Counted from the stretch's first letter, positions 29,379-39,563 are shown. The stretch: DNA of 64,000 nt from Candidatus Tayloriibacteriota bacterium (GCA_028286725.1 JAQBQZ010000014.1:5051-69050), one strand, 5' to 3'. The notes: generated from the sequence alone by a model not told the origin. A program made the numbers and translations.

Positions 29379-31181
29379 ATGTTAGAAAACATAAGAAATT
29401 TCTCGATTATTGCCCATATTGACCACGGAAAGTCGACTCTGGCTGACCGTATGCTTGAGATCACGGGGACTATCGAAAACCGCAAGATGCGGGATCAGGT
29501 ACTCGACAATATGGAACTCGAACGTGAAAAAGGTATCACTATCAAGATGCGGCCTGTTCGAATGTCCTACAAAATGGATGGTAAAGATTACATTCTAAAC
29601 CTGATTGATACTCCGGGGCATATCGATTTTTCATATGAAGTATCTCGCGCGCTCAAAGCAGTTGAAGGATCAATTCTCTTGGTGGATGCGACTCAGGGTG
29701 TGCAGGCGCAGACACTCACTACTCTTGAAATGGCAAAAAAGGCAGGGATCAGAATCATTCCAGTGCTTTCAAAGATCGATTCGCCGATTGCTCGGATCAA
29801 AGAAGTAAAAGAAGAAATAATGAAGCTTCTTGATTGTGAGGAATCTGATGTAATGGAGACATCGGGAAAGACTGGTGCAGGTGTTGATGCTTTGCTTCAA
29901 GAAATAATCAAAAAAGTTTCAGCGCCAAAAACAGAACTTGTAGGCACAAAAGGTCTTCGGGCTCTTATTTTTGATTTTCAATATTCAAATCACAAGGGGG
30001 TGATCGTGTATATACGTGTGATGGAAGGAAGCGTCAAAAAAGGGGACGAGCTTGTCTTTAAAGTTGCAGGTAAAAAATTCTTCGCACTCGAGACTGGTGT
30101 GTTTTATCCAGAAGAAACTCCAAAAGAAAATATTGGAGCAGGCGAGATCGGATATATCGTAACAGGGATCAAAGAACCTGGTATCGCATCTGTGGGAGAT
30201 ACGATCACTGGATTTAAAAATCAGCTTGAGCCTCTCATGGGATATATGAAACCAGCACCGGTTGTATGGGCATCGATCTATCCTGAAGACACAGATGACT
30301 TTGAACTCTTAAAGCAGGCGCTCGGCAGACTCTCGCTTTCTGATTCCTCTTTTTCTTATGAAGAAGAATCTTCAGGATCTCTTGGGCGAGGATATCGTTG
30401 TGGATTCCTGGGACTTCTTCATCTTGAAATTATTGCAGAGCGATTGAAGAGAGAATTTCAGCTCGAACTTGTTATTGCAACTCCATCTATTACTTATGAA
30501 GTGACTTTGAAAAATGGCAAAGTAGTCATGGTGTATTCTCCGTCTCTATTTCCTTCTCATGGAATGTACCAGTCAGTTCGAGAACCTTGGGTCAATGTTA
30601 CTATCATTACGCCTGCGCATTACACAGGACCAATTTACCAGCTTCTGTATGATCATGAAGCGGAGCTTGGTGAGGTATTAAGTTTTGGTGATGGGAGAAT
30701 GTCTCTATCTATCAAGATGCCTTTGCGAGAACTTATGCGAAATTTCTTTGATGAACTAAAAAGTGTGTCATCTGGATATGCATCACTTTCATATGAATTT
30801 GATGATATGAGGAGTGCTGAAGTGACGAGAATGGATATTCTTGTTGCGGGTGAGCCTGTTGAGGCATTCACGCGAGTAGTGGCACTTCGAAGAGTGGATG
30901 AAGATGCTAACAAAGCGGTAGAAAAACTAGAAAAGATTTTGCCAAGACAAATGTTTGTGACCAAGATCCAGGCAGAAGCGAATGGACGGATTATTGCATC
31001 TCGAACACTTTCGGCGATGCGAAAGGATGTGACAGGATATTTGTATGGAGGTGACGTGTCACGAAAGAATAAATTGCTCGACAAGCAAAAAAAAGGAAAA
31101 GCAAAAATGAAGGAGAGAGGTCAGGGGAATGTGAACATCTCACATGATGTGTTTATGAAGATGATGAAAGGAGGAGAATAA
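29379..31181 (+). CDS. lepA: Elongation factor 4
   Basis: IRNFSIIAHIDHGKSTLADR, GFLGLLH and YGGDVSRK. Confidence 0.97.
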   Translation: MLENIRNFSIIAHIDHGKSTLADRMLEITGTIENRKMRDQVLDNMELEREKGITIKMRPVRMSYKMDGKDYILNLIDTPGHIDFSYEVSRALKAVEGSILLVDATQGVQAQTLTTLEMAKKAGIRIIPVLSKIDSPIARIKEVKEEIMKLLDCEESDVMETSGKTGAGVDALLQEIIKKVSAPKTELVGTKGLRALIFDFQYSNHKGVIVYIRVMEGSVKKGDELVFKVAGKKFFALETGVFYPEETPKENIGAGEIGYIVTGIKEPGIASVGDTITGFKNQLEPLMGYMKPAPVVWASIYPEDTDDFELLKQALGRLSLSDSSFSYEEESSGSLGRGYRCGFLGLLHLEIIAERLKREFQLELVIATPSITYEVTLKNGKVVMVYSPSLFPSHGMYQSVREPWVNVTIITPAHYTGPIYQLLYDHEAELGEVLSFGDGRMSLSIKMPLRELMRNFFDELKSVSSGYASLSYEFDDMRSAEVTRMDILVAGEPVEAFTRVVALRRVDEDANKAVEKLEKILPRQMFVTKIQAEANGRIIASRTLSAMRKDVTGYLYGGDVSRKNKLLDKQKKGKAKMKERGQGNVNISHDVFMKMMKGGE

Positions 31182-31190
31182 AAAAGTTAA

Positions 31191-31225
31191 TAAATAGCAC
31201 GGCACCGTAGGTGCCGTGCTATTTA
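31191..31225. terminator. GCAC-family terminator
   Basis: TAAATAGCACGGCACC-GTA-GGTGCCGTGCTATTTA. Confidence 0.8.
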
Positions 31226-31278
31226 TATTTAAAATAAAAAAAAGCGCCACGAACTTGATGAGTTGTGACGCCGGGGGA

Positions 31279-31686
31279 TCAAGGATTTTTCGCGACAGCC
31301 TTTTTAATTTCTTTTGGGTTGCCGGAAATACATTCTGAAATTTTGCGAAGGGCGACTTGATAAGTTCGATCAAGATTCGAGTTTCCTGTCTTTCCTTTAA
31401 TTCCAGGATCTTTGTGAATAACTCCCTCGCTTATGATTGTCAGTATGGGAGGTTCGTCAAAGACCTGAGACCAAGTCAGATTATACTCAATGTTCTCGAT
31501 CGTGACTTTGGCGGTCACCATCTTGAGAGCACCAATTTGAAGCTCGTTTTTTTCTTTGAGAACTTTTTGGTTCTTGGTTCGCAAATTTGACGCGATGATT
31601 TTCGCCATCTCTTTCGCATCTTTTTCCAGTGCTTTGGACACGGTTGTGAATACGAGGAGGGTGAGGAGGACGATTGCAGTCTTCAT
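31279..31686 (-). CDS. Orphan secreted protein
   Basis: Signal peptide MKTAIVLLTLLVFTTVSKA; its own promoter (31847-31875). Confidence 0.65.
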   Translation of the reverse strand: MKTAIVLLTLLVFTTVSKALEKDAKEMAKIIASNLRTKNQKVLKEKNELQIGALKMVTAKVTIENIEYNLTWSQVFDEPPILTIISEGVIHKDPGIKGKTGNSNLDRTYQVALRKISECISGNPKEIKKAVAKNP

Positions 31687-31933
31687 GTGTATTGGGGGTA
31701 GGTGAGGAGAATGTCTGGCTCTTTTGTAGAGTTGCAGAATGCAAATTACATAAGTATGTATATAATCTATATTCTAAAACCTTCTATCTCTGAAACCCAT
31801 TCATCCTTTGGCCTTATCCTTGATTTGAATGTACTGAACTGCTTATATAATGACATCATTTAATTCTAAAGTCAATTACCAAAACGAACTGTACCTTTAG
31901 GTGCAGTTCGTCTGGTTTTACTGTAGATACCAA

Positions 31934-32047
31934 TTATTTATACAATGCTGGCATGTAGAGGAGTATCATACTAATGATGATAAGTACTCCGAATACAGAG
32001 AATATGACTTTAATGTATTTCTTTGCTCGTGTTCCGAATAAAAACAT
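31934..32047 (-). CDS. Small membrane peptide (37 aa)
   Basis: MFLFGTRAKKYIKVIFSVFGVLIIISMILLYMPALYK. Confidence 0.5.
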   Translation of the reverse strand: MFLFGTRAKKYIKVIFSVFGVLIIISMILLYMPALYK

Positions 32048-32116
32048 GTTTTTTCTTTAAACTGATAGTGAATAGAGTATAACATAGCTTTAGGTTGTGA
32101 TAAAATGAGCTAAATC

Positions 32117-32485
32117 ATGAGAAAATTCGAAGCTCAAAAACAAATCAAAAGCAGGGTGTATTCAAGAGGTGTTCTCATTGCTCTTTTGATTGTTATTATT
32201 TTTACTGCAAAGGGGGTATTTAACATTTATCTTCGTAACAAAGAGAGTGCTACGGCTCGTGATGAGACGGCAATGAAGCTTAAAGATTTGAATGATCGTA
32301 AGGATCTTTTGAATACCGAAATATCCAAGCTCAATCAGGATGATGGTGTTGACCAGGAGATCAGAGAAAAGTTCAATGTGATTAAACCTGGAGAGAACGT
32401 GGTGATCATTGTGCCAGAAGAAGTTGCGACAACAACAGAGGAAAAACCAAGTGCTTTGAGCAAGTTTTGGCACTGGCTTTGGTAG
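32117..32485 (+). CDS. Septum formation initiator (FtsB/DivIC family)
   Basis: TM segment, coiled coil and IREKFNVIKPGE. Confidence 0.85.
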   Translation: MRKFEAQKQIKSRVYSRGVLIALLIVIIFTAKGVFNIYLRNKESATARDETAMKLKDLNDRKDLLNTEISKLNQDDGVDQEIREKFNVIKPGENVVIIVPEEVATTTEEKPSALSKFWHWLW

Positions 32486-32527
32486 GTGATATAATAACCA
32501 CCCTTTTACTAATTAATTTAAATACTT

Positions 32528-32764
32528 ATGGCAAATAAAGTAATCATTTACAGTACACCGACTTGTACATACTGCAAGCATGTTAAAGAATTTTTCAAAG
32601 AGCATAATGTAGCTTATGAAGAATTTGATGTTGCGGCAGACAAGGATAAGAGAGCTGAGATGGTAGATAAGAGCGGGCAGCTTGGAGTACCAGTGACAGA
32701 TATTGATGGACAGATTGTTGTTGGATACGATGAGGCGACACTTAAACAGCTTCTCGCAATATAA
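32528..32764 (+). CDS. Glutaredoxin-like (NrdH) protein
   Basis: YSTPTCTYC and GQLGVPV. Confidence 0.92.
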   Translation: MANKVIIYSTPTCTYCKHVKEFFKEHNVAYEEFDVAADKDKRAEMVDKSGQLGVPVTDIDGQIVVGYDEATLKQLLAI

Positions 32765-32816
32765 ACAAATAAAAAGCACTCGCTCTGGCGAGTGTTTTTT
32801 GTTATAGTGCAAATAC

Positions 32817-32888
32817 GCCCTTGTAGTTCAATGGATAGAACAGTCCCGTCCTAAGGGATAGATGCACGTTCGATTCGTACCAGGGGCA
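32817..32888 (+). tRNA. tRNA-Arg(CCT)
   Basis: Acceptor GCCCTTG/CAGGGGC; anticodon arm GTCCC-GTCCTAA-GGGAT; T-loop TTCGATT (one T-stem mismatch). Confidence 0.92.
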
Positions 32889-33034
32889 CAGCGAACGAAG
32901 TGAGGTGTGACGGTGAGGAAGCCTGGGAGGCTTCCGTGTACGAATCGAAAACCTTTTGAGCCTAAAATGAGTTTACGAAATTTTAGCCAAAAGGTGTACT
33001 GAACCTGTAAGGTTCGATTCGTACCAGGGGCACA
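32889..33034 (+). repeat. tRNA-linked structured element ending in a 23-bp duplicate of the tRNA 3' end
   Basis: GTTCGATTCGTACCAGGGGCACA at 32868-32890 and 33012-33034; inverted T-arm copy at 32938-32949. Confidence 0.8.
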
Positions 33035-33061
33035 ATGTTATTTTTTTGATATACTTTATTT

Positions 33062-34318
33062 ATGAAAATCTTAGTCATTGGAAGCGGGGGAAGAGAAAAT
33101 GCACTCGCATGGAAACTCAAACAGTCACCAAAAGTAACTGGTCTTTTTGCTGCACCTGGAAATCCTGGTACAAAAGATATTGCGACAAATGTACCACTTA
33201 ATTCACAAAGAGAAATCATTGAATGGCTCAAACAAAATCGAATGGATCTTGTGGTTGTGGGTCCTGACAATTATCTCGCAGATGGAATTGTAGATGAAAT
33301 ACAAAATTTGGGTATCAAAGTATTTGGTCCAACCAAACTTGCGTCAGAGATCGAATGGTCAAAATCATACGCAAAAGATTTGATGAAAGAGATAGGAATT
33401 CCAACCGCATCTTTTGAAACGTTTACTGATTTTGAAAAAGCTTTGGAATATGTAAAACAAAATAAATTCCCGACCGTCATAAAAGCGAGCGGACTCGCAC
33501 TTGGTAAAGGGGTTATCATTGCAGAAAATTTTGATGAAGCCGAAAAGGCACTTAGAGAAATAATGACTGACAAAGTATTTGGCGAGGCGGGAGATGAGGT
33601 GGTGATCGAGGAATATCTCATGGGTCGTGAGATATCAACTCATGCATTTTGTGATGGTGAGACCGTTGTGATGTTTCCATCTTCACAAGATCATAAAAGG
33701 ATCTTTGAAGGGGATCAGGGTCCAAATACAGGAGGAATGGGAACGATTGCGCCTGTGCCATGGGTGACAGAGCAACATATCGAAGATATAAAAATACAAA
33801 TAGTGATTCCACTTATTCAGGCTTTGAAAAAAAGAGGGCGAGAATTCAAAGGTCTTTTGTTCCCGGGAATTATGATCACAGAGACCGGTCCAAAGGTGAT
33901 TGAATTCAATGCACGATTCGGAGATCCAGAAACTGAAAGTTATATGAGAATTCTTGAGGGTGATTTGGTAGATATTCTTTTGTCTTGTGTTGATGGAACT
34001 TTGAAAGATACAGCAATCAATTGGTCAAAACAATCCGCTGCCACAGTAATATGCGCATCAGGAGGATATCCTGGAAGTTATGAAAAGGGAAAAGAGATAA
34101 TAGGACTTGATAAAATAACCGATAATGATGTTGTTGTATTCCACTGCGGCACTAAACTTATTCAAGATAAGCTTGTTACAAACGGTGGGCGAGTGCTTGC
34201 GGTTACAGCTGTAGGAGATACAGTGTCAGATGCTCTGGCAAAATCCTATAAAGCAATAGAAGGAATTACTTTTGAAGGAATGCAATACAGAAAAGATATA
34301 GGGCAGAAATCTATTTAA
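33062..34318 (+). CDS. purD: Phosphoribosylamine-glycine ligase
   Basis: IGSGGRE, GPNTGGMG and EFNARFGDPE. Confidence 0.97.
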   Translation: MKILVIGSGGRENALAWKLKQSPKVTGLFAAPGNPGTKDIATNVPLNSQREIIEWLKQNRMDLVVVGPDNYLADGIVDEIQNLGIKVFGPTKLASEIEWSKSYAKDLMKEIGIPTASFETFTDFEKALEYVKQNKFPTVIKASGLALGKGVIIAENFDEAEKALREIMTDKVFGEAGDEVVIEEYLMGREISTHAFCDGETVVMFPSSQDHKRIFEGDQGPNTGGMGTIAPVPWVTEQHIEDIKIQIVIPLIQALKKRGREFKGLLFPGIMITETGPKVIEFNARFGDPETESYMRILEGDLVDILLSCVDGTLKDTAINWSKQSAATVICASGGYPGSYEKGKEIIGLDKITDNDVVVFHCGTKLIQDKLVTNGGRVLAVTAVGDTVSDALAKSYKAIEGITFEGMQYRKDIGQKSI

Positions 34319-34874
34319 CACTCTCTAGTTTTTGTAGTAACTTTCTCATAAATCTATGAGTATTTTTGTTGAATTTTGAAATATCTGTATTTAGTATTTC
34401 TTTAAAATCAAACCATTTATATCCATTAAATTCTCCAGGGTCAAAAATAATCTTATTTTTTGAATCTCCATTTAATATGTACCATAAACTTACATCAGTA
34501 TGTCCGGCAGTTTTGCCGACGGTTATGTCTTCTGTGAGAAAAAGAGGCTCAGGATTTATAAAATTAGCCGCAATATTTAATTCCTCTTTGATTTCTCGCT
34601 CAACCGTAGTTTTAGGATGCTCATCTTTTTCTATGTGACCGCCAGCAGGCAACCATAATTCTGCTTTGATATGATCCATGAATAGTATTTTCCTTTCATT
34701 TAAATCAATGAGAGTAAAAAAGGAGACGAGATGTTTTGGTGGTATAGCCGGCTTTTTAATTCGAAATATCTCTTCGCCACTATTTATCCACTCAATCGTA
34801 TTGTTGATCTGCAAAGCTTCCAGATCATCATACGGTTCTATCGATTCAATTATTTTTCTTATTTCGTCTCGCAT
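34311..34874 (-). CDS. NUDIX hydrolase
   Basis: GGHIEKDE....VEREIKEELNI. Confidence 0.88.
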   Translation of the reverse strand: MRDEIRKIIESIEPYDDLEALQINNTIEWINSGEEIFRIKKPAIPPKHLVSFFTLIDLNERKILFMDHIKAELWLPAGGHIEKDEHPKTTVEREIKEELNIAANFINPEPLFLTEDITVGKTAGHTDVSLWYILNGDSKNKIIFDPGEFNGYKWFDFKEILNTDISKFNKNTHRFMRKLLQKLESVK

Positions 34875-34878
34875 GTTT

Positions 34879-35523
34879 TTATTTCTCAATATCCGCACCG
34901 CGCATTGATTCTGGATTCTTCCCATCCCAACTTATTTCTCCATTTACTATTCGATTAGTAATAATTGGCTGCCATTTGTGTTCAAGCGCATTCACTCGAG
35001 CGAACAATGTTTCTGCTGTGTCATCAGGAAGTATCTCGACTTTTCGTCGGAAAAAGATTGCGTTCGGATCATCGTAGGTGTCAGTTACAAAATGCATTGT
35101 GACACCTGTGTATGTGAGCTCTCCTTTTTTGTATGCATCAATCACAGCTTCATGAATGTGATGTCCGTAAAATCCAGTACCTCCAAATTGAGAGGGAAGG
35201 AATGCGGGATGAATATTAAAAGTTTTTTCAGGAGGCAATCCTTCAACAAACCCAAGCCAACCTGAGAGGGCTACGAAGTCTGCTCCGGTCTCTTTATAGA
35301 TTCTTTTGTAGTCTTCCGCAGCTCTGCCTTTTGGAGAATATATAAAAGGGATGTTGAATTTGGCGGCTTTTGCTTTCACTCCGCCGTTTTCGTGATTTGA
35401 TACGACACCGACGATCTCAGCACTTAAAACCCCATTTTGACTTGCTTCACAGAGTTTTTGGAAGCCTGAGCCTCCTCCATCTTTGGATCCTGAAGCGAAT
35501 ATGAGAAGTTTTGGCTTGCGCAT
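34879..35523 (-). CDS. purN: Phosphoribosylglycinamide formyltransferase
   Basis: FASG..GGSG, NIHPAFLP and GVTMHFV. Confidence 0.88.
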   Translation of the reverse strand: MRKPKLLIFASGSKDGGGSGFQKLCEASQNGVLSAEIVGVVSNHENGGVKAKAAKFNIPFIYSPKGRAAEDYKRIYKETGADFVALSGWLGFVEGLPPEKTFNIHPAFLPSQFGGTGFYGHHIHEAVIDAYKKGELTYTGVTMHFVTDTYDDPNAIFFRRKVEILPDDTAETLFARVNALEHKWQPIITNRIVNGEISWDGKNPESMRGADIEK

Positions 35524-35621
35524 GGATTTAACTATAGCATATTCTGTGTTGTAATTACTCCATTGTTGTGCCTGCCTTTATGCTCGGGTATACTAAATGG
35601 TATAAACTAAATACTAATAAA

Positions 35622-38591
35622 ATGGCTTCACGGATCATTATTTCTCAAAAAGTTAGAGATGCCAGAGCAGAAACTAAAAAGATTCAGTTCAATTCTTTGA
35701 ATCTAAAAGGAAAGATAAATGATGTACTCGTTCTCGATTCATATACAATAGATACAAATATAAAAAGCGATGCTCTTACAAAAATTGCATCTGCACTCAC
35801 AAACAAAATTCTTGAGGATGGAACAATAGGAAAGCTTGATCTCAAGAATGCATTTGATTGGATTCTTGAGATTGGATTTTTGCCTGGTGTTACTGACAAT
35901 ATTGGAACAACAACAAAAGAAACAATTGAAGATCTTCTAAAATTTAAATTCTCCGAATCTGTGTATTTTTCACAGATTTTTATTTTGTCTGGAAATATTT
36001 CAAGACAAGAAGTTGAAACTATAGGGCTAACATTGCACAACCCGCTCATTCAAAGAATTCGAATCAAAAGCTATGCTGAATTTGTAAAAGAAAAAGATCT
36101 TGAAATTTTGGTTCCAAAAGTAAATCTCAAATCTGAAGACGCTGTGATCGAAGTCAATTTGAATGTGACAGATGAAGAACTCATAAAGATCGGTAAGGGA
36201 GGGGTTGTAGATAAAAATGGGATCTCACGAGGACCGCTCGCACTCGATTTGGCGTATATGAAAGCGATTCAGGAATATTTTAGATCAAAGAAAAGAAATC
36301 CGACAGATATTGAGCTTGAATCAATTGCGCAGACTTGGTCTGAGCATTGTAAGCATACGATCTTTGCAGATAAGCTCGACGAGATAGATAAGGGTCTTTA
36401 CAAAACATATATCAAAGAGGCTACTAATATCATTAGAAAAAAGAAAGGCAAACGCGATATTTGCGTTTCTGTTTTTTCCGATAATGCTGGAGCGATCGCA
36501 TTTGATGATAAATATTTAGTAACTCACAAAGTTGAAACTCATAACAGTCCATCAGCTCTTGATCCATTTGGAGGATCTATCACGGGTATTGTAGGGGTAA
36601 ACCGCGATACGATTGGATTTGGTCTTGGTGCAAAACCTGTTGCAAATATGTACGGATTTTGTCTTGCGGATCCATCTGACACTCGTGCGCTTTTCCGAGA
36701 CAAAAATCTGACACAAAAGATGCTTTCTCCAAGGCGAATTATGGATGGAGTGATTGCTGGAGTGAATGTGGGTGGAAACTGTTCTGGTATTCCAACTCCG
36801 CACGGCTTTGTATATTTTGATGAACGATTCAGAGGCAAGCCGCTCGTGTTCGTGGGAACTGTTGGCATCATTCCAAGAAAGATCGGCAAGAACTTTTCTA
36901 CTGAAAAGGAAGCAAAGAAAGGAGATTGTATTGTTGTGATTGGTGGTAAGGTGGGACAAGATGGAATCCATGGTGCCACATTCTCATCTGAAGTGATGGA
37001 TGGTGCGAGTCCTGCGACCGCTGTACAGATCGGCGATCCCATCACTCAGAAAAAACTTTCTGATGCGATTGTCAAAGAAGCAAGAGATTTAAATTTGTAT
37101 TCAAGTATTACTGACAACGGTGCAGGAGGAATCTCTTGTTCGATCGCTGAGATGGCAAAGGAGTGCAATGGATGTAAGGTAGAGCTTGAGAAAGTTCCGC
37201 TCAAATATCCAGGCCTCACTCCTTGGAAAATATGGATATCAGAATCACAAGAGAGAATGACGCTTGCAGTGCCAAAATCAAAGTGGAAGGCATTTAAAAA
37301 ACTTATGGATATGCGAGGTGTTGGCGCAGATGTTGTTGGAGAATTCACCAACTCTGGCAAATGTGTTGTGACATACCACGGCAAGAAAATCGTTGATATG
37401 GATCTCGAGTTTCTTCATAACGGATTACCTTCAAGAAATCTTGTATCAAAAGATGAAAAGATAACTTACCTTGAAGCACCAAAGCAAACATCGAAAGACC
37501 TGACAAAGATTGTGAAAGATATGCTTAAGAGACTGAATATCACAAGCTTTGAATTTATCTCAAAGCAATATGACCACGAGGTGCAGGCGAATTCAATTTT
37601 GAAACCTCTTCAGGGGCGAGGGCAAGTGAATGCAGATGTTGCTGTGATTCGTCCGGTGCTCGATTCCAAAAAAGGGGTGCTTCTCTCATCGACTTTAAAT
37701 CCAAGTTATTCAGAAATAGATAGCTACAAGATGGCTGCATCTTCAATTGATGGTGCAATACGTAGTGTCATTGCGGCAGGAGGAGATATTGAAAACCTCG
37801 CAATTCTCGACAATTTCTGCTGGTGCAGTTCAACGGATCCTGTAAGATTGGGACAGCTGAAGTCTGCTGTAAAGGCGTGTTTTGATTATGCTGTTGCATT
37901 TGGTACGCCATTTATTTCTGGCAAAGACAGTATGTTCAATGACTTTAAAGGATATGATGAAAAGGGGAATCTCATAAACATTTCTATTCCACCCACACTT
38001 CTCATTTCGTCTATAGGGGTAATGAATGATGCCGAAAAGGCGATCTCGCTTGACTTTAAATTCGAAGGAGATCTTGTGTATGTATTGGGGGGTACTTTAG
38101 AGGAACTTGGAGGATCAGAATATTTTAAATATGTAAGTGAAAAGACAAAGAAAGAATTTATTGGCAACATTGTGCCAAGTGTGGATGCGGTTAAAAATAT
38201 GAAACTTTACAAAGCGTTTACAAAATGTGCAAACAAAGAATTAGTAGCAAGCTCAATAAGTATCGGAAGAGGAGGGCTTGCTGTCGCTTTAGCTAAGTCT
38301 AGTATAGGTGGAAAGCTTGGGGCAGAAATAGAGCTAAAGAAAATCTCAAAGAAAACTTCGGGCGATGATAGGGCACTCTTTTCTGAAAGTCAGGGGCGAA
38401 TACTTGTAAGTATAAATCCAAAGAACAAAAAAACTTTTGAGGATATAATGAAAGGCAATAGCTTTACGCAGATCGGTAAAGTATCAAAAGATTCGAAGTT
38501 TATAATCAAAGGACGGGATGGAAACGAAATTGTAAACGCTGGTATTGATGCCTTACTGACAGATTATAAATCTACTTTTAAAAACTTCTAA
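35622..38591 (+). CDS. purL: FGAM synthase large subunit with N-terminal PurS-like region
   Basis: QTWSEHCKH, ETHNSPS, DNGAGG, SESQERM and QYDHEVQ. Confidence 0.95.
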   Translation: MASRIIISQKVRDARAETKKIQFNSLNLKGKINDVLVLDSYTIDTNIKSDALTKIASALTNKILEDGTIGKLDLKNAFDWILEIGFLPGVTDNIGTTTKETIEDLLKFKFSESVYFSQIFILSGNISRQEVETIGLTLHNPLIQRIRIKSYAEFVKEKDLEILVPKVNLKSEDAVIEVNLNVTDEELIKIGKGGVVDKNGISRGPLALDLAYMKAIQEYFRSKKRNPTDIELESIAQTWSEHCKHTIFADKLDEIDKGLYKTYIKEATNIIRKKKGKRDICVSVFSDNAGAIAFDDKYLVTHKVETHNSPSALDPFGGSITGIVGVNRDTIGFGLGAKPVANMYGFCLADPSDTRALFRDKNLTQKMLSPRRIMDGVIAGVNVGGNCSGIPTPHGFVYFDERFRGKPLVFVGTVGIIPRKIGKNFSTEKEAKKGDCIVVIGGKVGQDGIHGATFSSEVMDGASPATAVQIGDPITQKKLSDAIVKEARDLNLYSSITDNGAGGISCSIAEMAKECNGCKVELEKVPLKYPGLTPWKIWISESQERMTLAVPKSKWKAFKKLMDMRGVGADVVGEFTNSGKCVVTYHGKKIVDMDLEFLHNGLPSRNLVSKDEKITYLEAPKQTSKDLTKIVKDMLKRLNITSFEFISKQYDHEVQANSILKPLQGRGQVNADVAVIRPVLDSKKGVLLSSTLNPSYSEIDSYKMAASSIDGAIRSVIAAGGDIENLAILDNFCWCSSTDPVRLGQLKSAVKACFDYAVAFGTPFISGKDSMFNDFKGYDEKGNLINISIPPTLLISSIGVMNDAEKAISLDFKFEGDLVYVLGGTLEELGGSEYFKYVSEKTKKEFIGNIVPSVDAVKNMKLYKAFTKCANKELVASSISIGRGGLAVALAKSSIGGKLGAEIELKKISKKTSGDDRALFSESQGRILVSINPKNKKTFEDIMKGNSFTQIGKVSKDSKFIIKGRDGNEIVNAGIDALLTDYKSTFKNF

Positions 38592-38592
38592 C

Positions 38593-39393
38593 ATGGCAAA
38601 CAAAAAAGTTAAAGTATTGGTGTTTTCGGGATATGGGCTCAACTGCGAAGAAGAGACCAAATATGCTTTTGAATTGGCGGGAGGTGATGCCGATATTGTG
38701 CATATCAATGACCTCATCGCAGGTATAAAGAAGATCAAAAATTATGACATCCTTGCTTTCCCCGGAGGGTTTTCTTTTGGTGATGATACAGGAAGTGGGA
38801 AGGCGTACGCAAACAAGGTTCGAAATCACTTATGGAAAGATATCGAAGAATTCATTGCCAAAGACAAGCTTATTATTGGAATTTGTAATGGATTTCAGAT
38901 TCTTACAAATCTAGGTATTCTTCCAGGAGCTTTGATGTGGAATGATAGCGCTCGATATATCGACCGATGGGTTGATATCAAGATAGAAGGCAAGAGTCCG
39001 TGGCTTACAGGTATCGACACGATCTCACTCCCGATCGCACACGGCGAAGGAAAATTCTATACAGATACTGAGACATTGAAGAAAATCAAAAATGAGAATG
39101 CGATTGTTGCTCGATATGTCAAAGGCGAGACTTGTGAAATGACAGGACTATCCTCGAATCCTAATGGAGCTCTTGAAGATATTGCTGGCGTACTAGGCAA
39201 TAATGGAAATATCATCGGTATGATGCCACATCCAGAAAGAGGATTGTTTGTATCTCAATTACCAAACTTTCCATATCTAAAAGAAAAAAGTAGAAGAGAC
39301 GGAAAGAAGCTCCCTAAATATGGTCCTGGTTTTCAGATATTTAAAAACGCAGTGGAATATTGTGCTAGAACCCGTCTCAAAATTAACCGTTAA
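38593..39393 (+). CDS. purQ: FGAM synthase glutaminase subunit
   Basis: PGGFSFGD, GICNGFQ and GMMPHPER. Confidence 0.95.
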   Translation: MANKKVKVLVFSGYGLNCEEETKYAFELAGGDADIVHINDLIAGIKKIKNYDILAFPGGFSFGDDTGSGKAYANKVRNHLWKDIEEFIAKDKLIIGICNGFQILTNLGILPGALMWNDSARYIDRWVDIKIEGKSPWLTGIDTISLPIAHGEGKFYTDTETLKKIKNENAIVARYVKGETCEMTGLSSNPNGALEDIAGVLGNNGNIIGMMPHPERGLFVSQLPNFPYLKEKSRRDGKKLPKYGPGFQIFKNAVEYCARTRLKINR

Positions 39394-39552
39394 TTAAATT
39401 CAGATGCAACTTGAATATTCAAAAGCTAAAATTTCGGTAAAAAATAAAGTTTCGTCAGTCAACATAACGCAGTTATGCCTCCTTCCTCATCCTTCATTTT
39501 TTTCTCGAAATTTTAGCTTTTCTATTATTCATTAATTTTGAGATGGATTCTA
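39366..39552 (-). mobile_element. MITE-like nested inverted-repeat element, copy 2
   Basis: TIR TAGAACCCGTCTCAAAATTAA/TTAATTTTGAGATGGATTCTA; same core as 9643-9836 in reverse orientation. Confidence 0.7.
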
Positions 39553-39563
39553 AAAAATAATTT

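Noticed and set aside
32868-33034. CRISPR array or second tRNA gene
   Set aside because: Only two repeats, which are tRNA 3' ends; no cas genes; the second copy lacks D and anticodon arms.
33034-35620. Purine/ZTP riboswitch or PurR box ahead of the pur genes
   Set aside because: The intergenic spaces are too short or look leaderless, and I saw no aptamer consensus.
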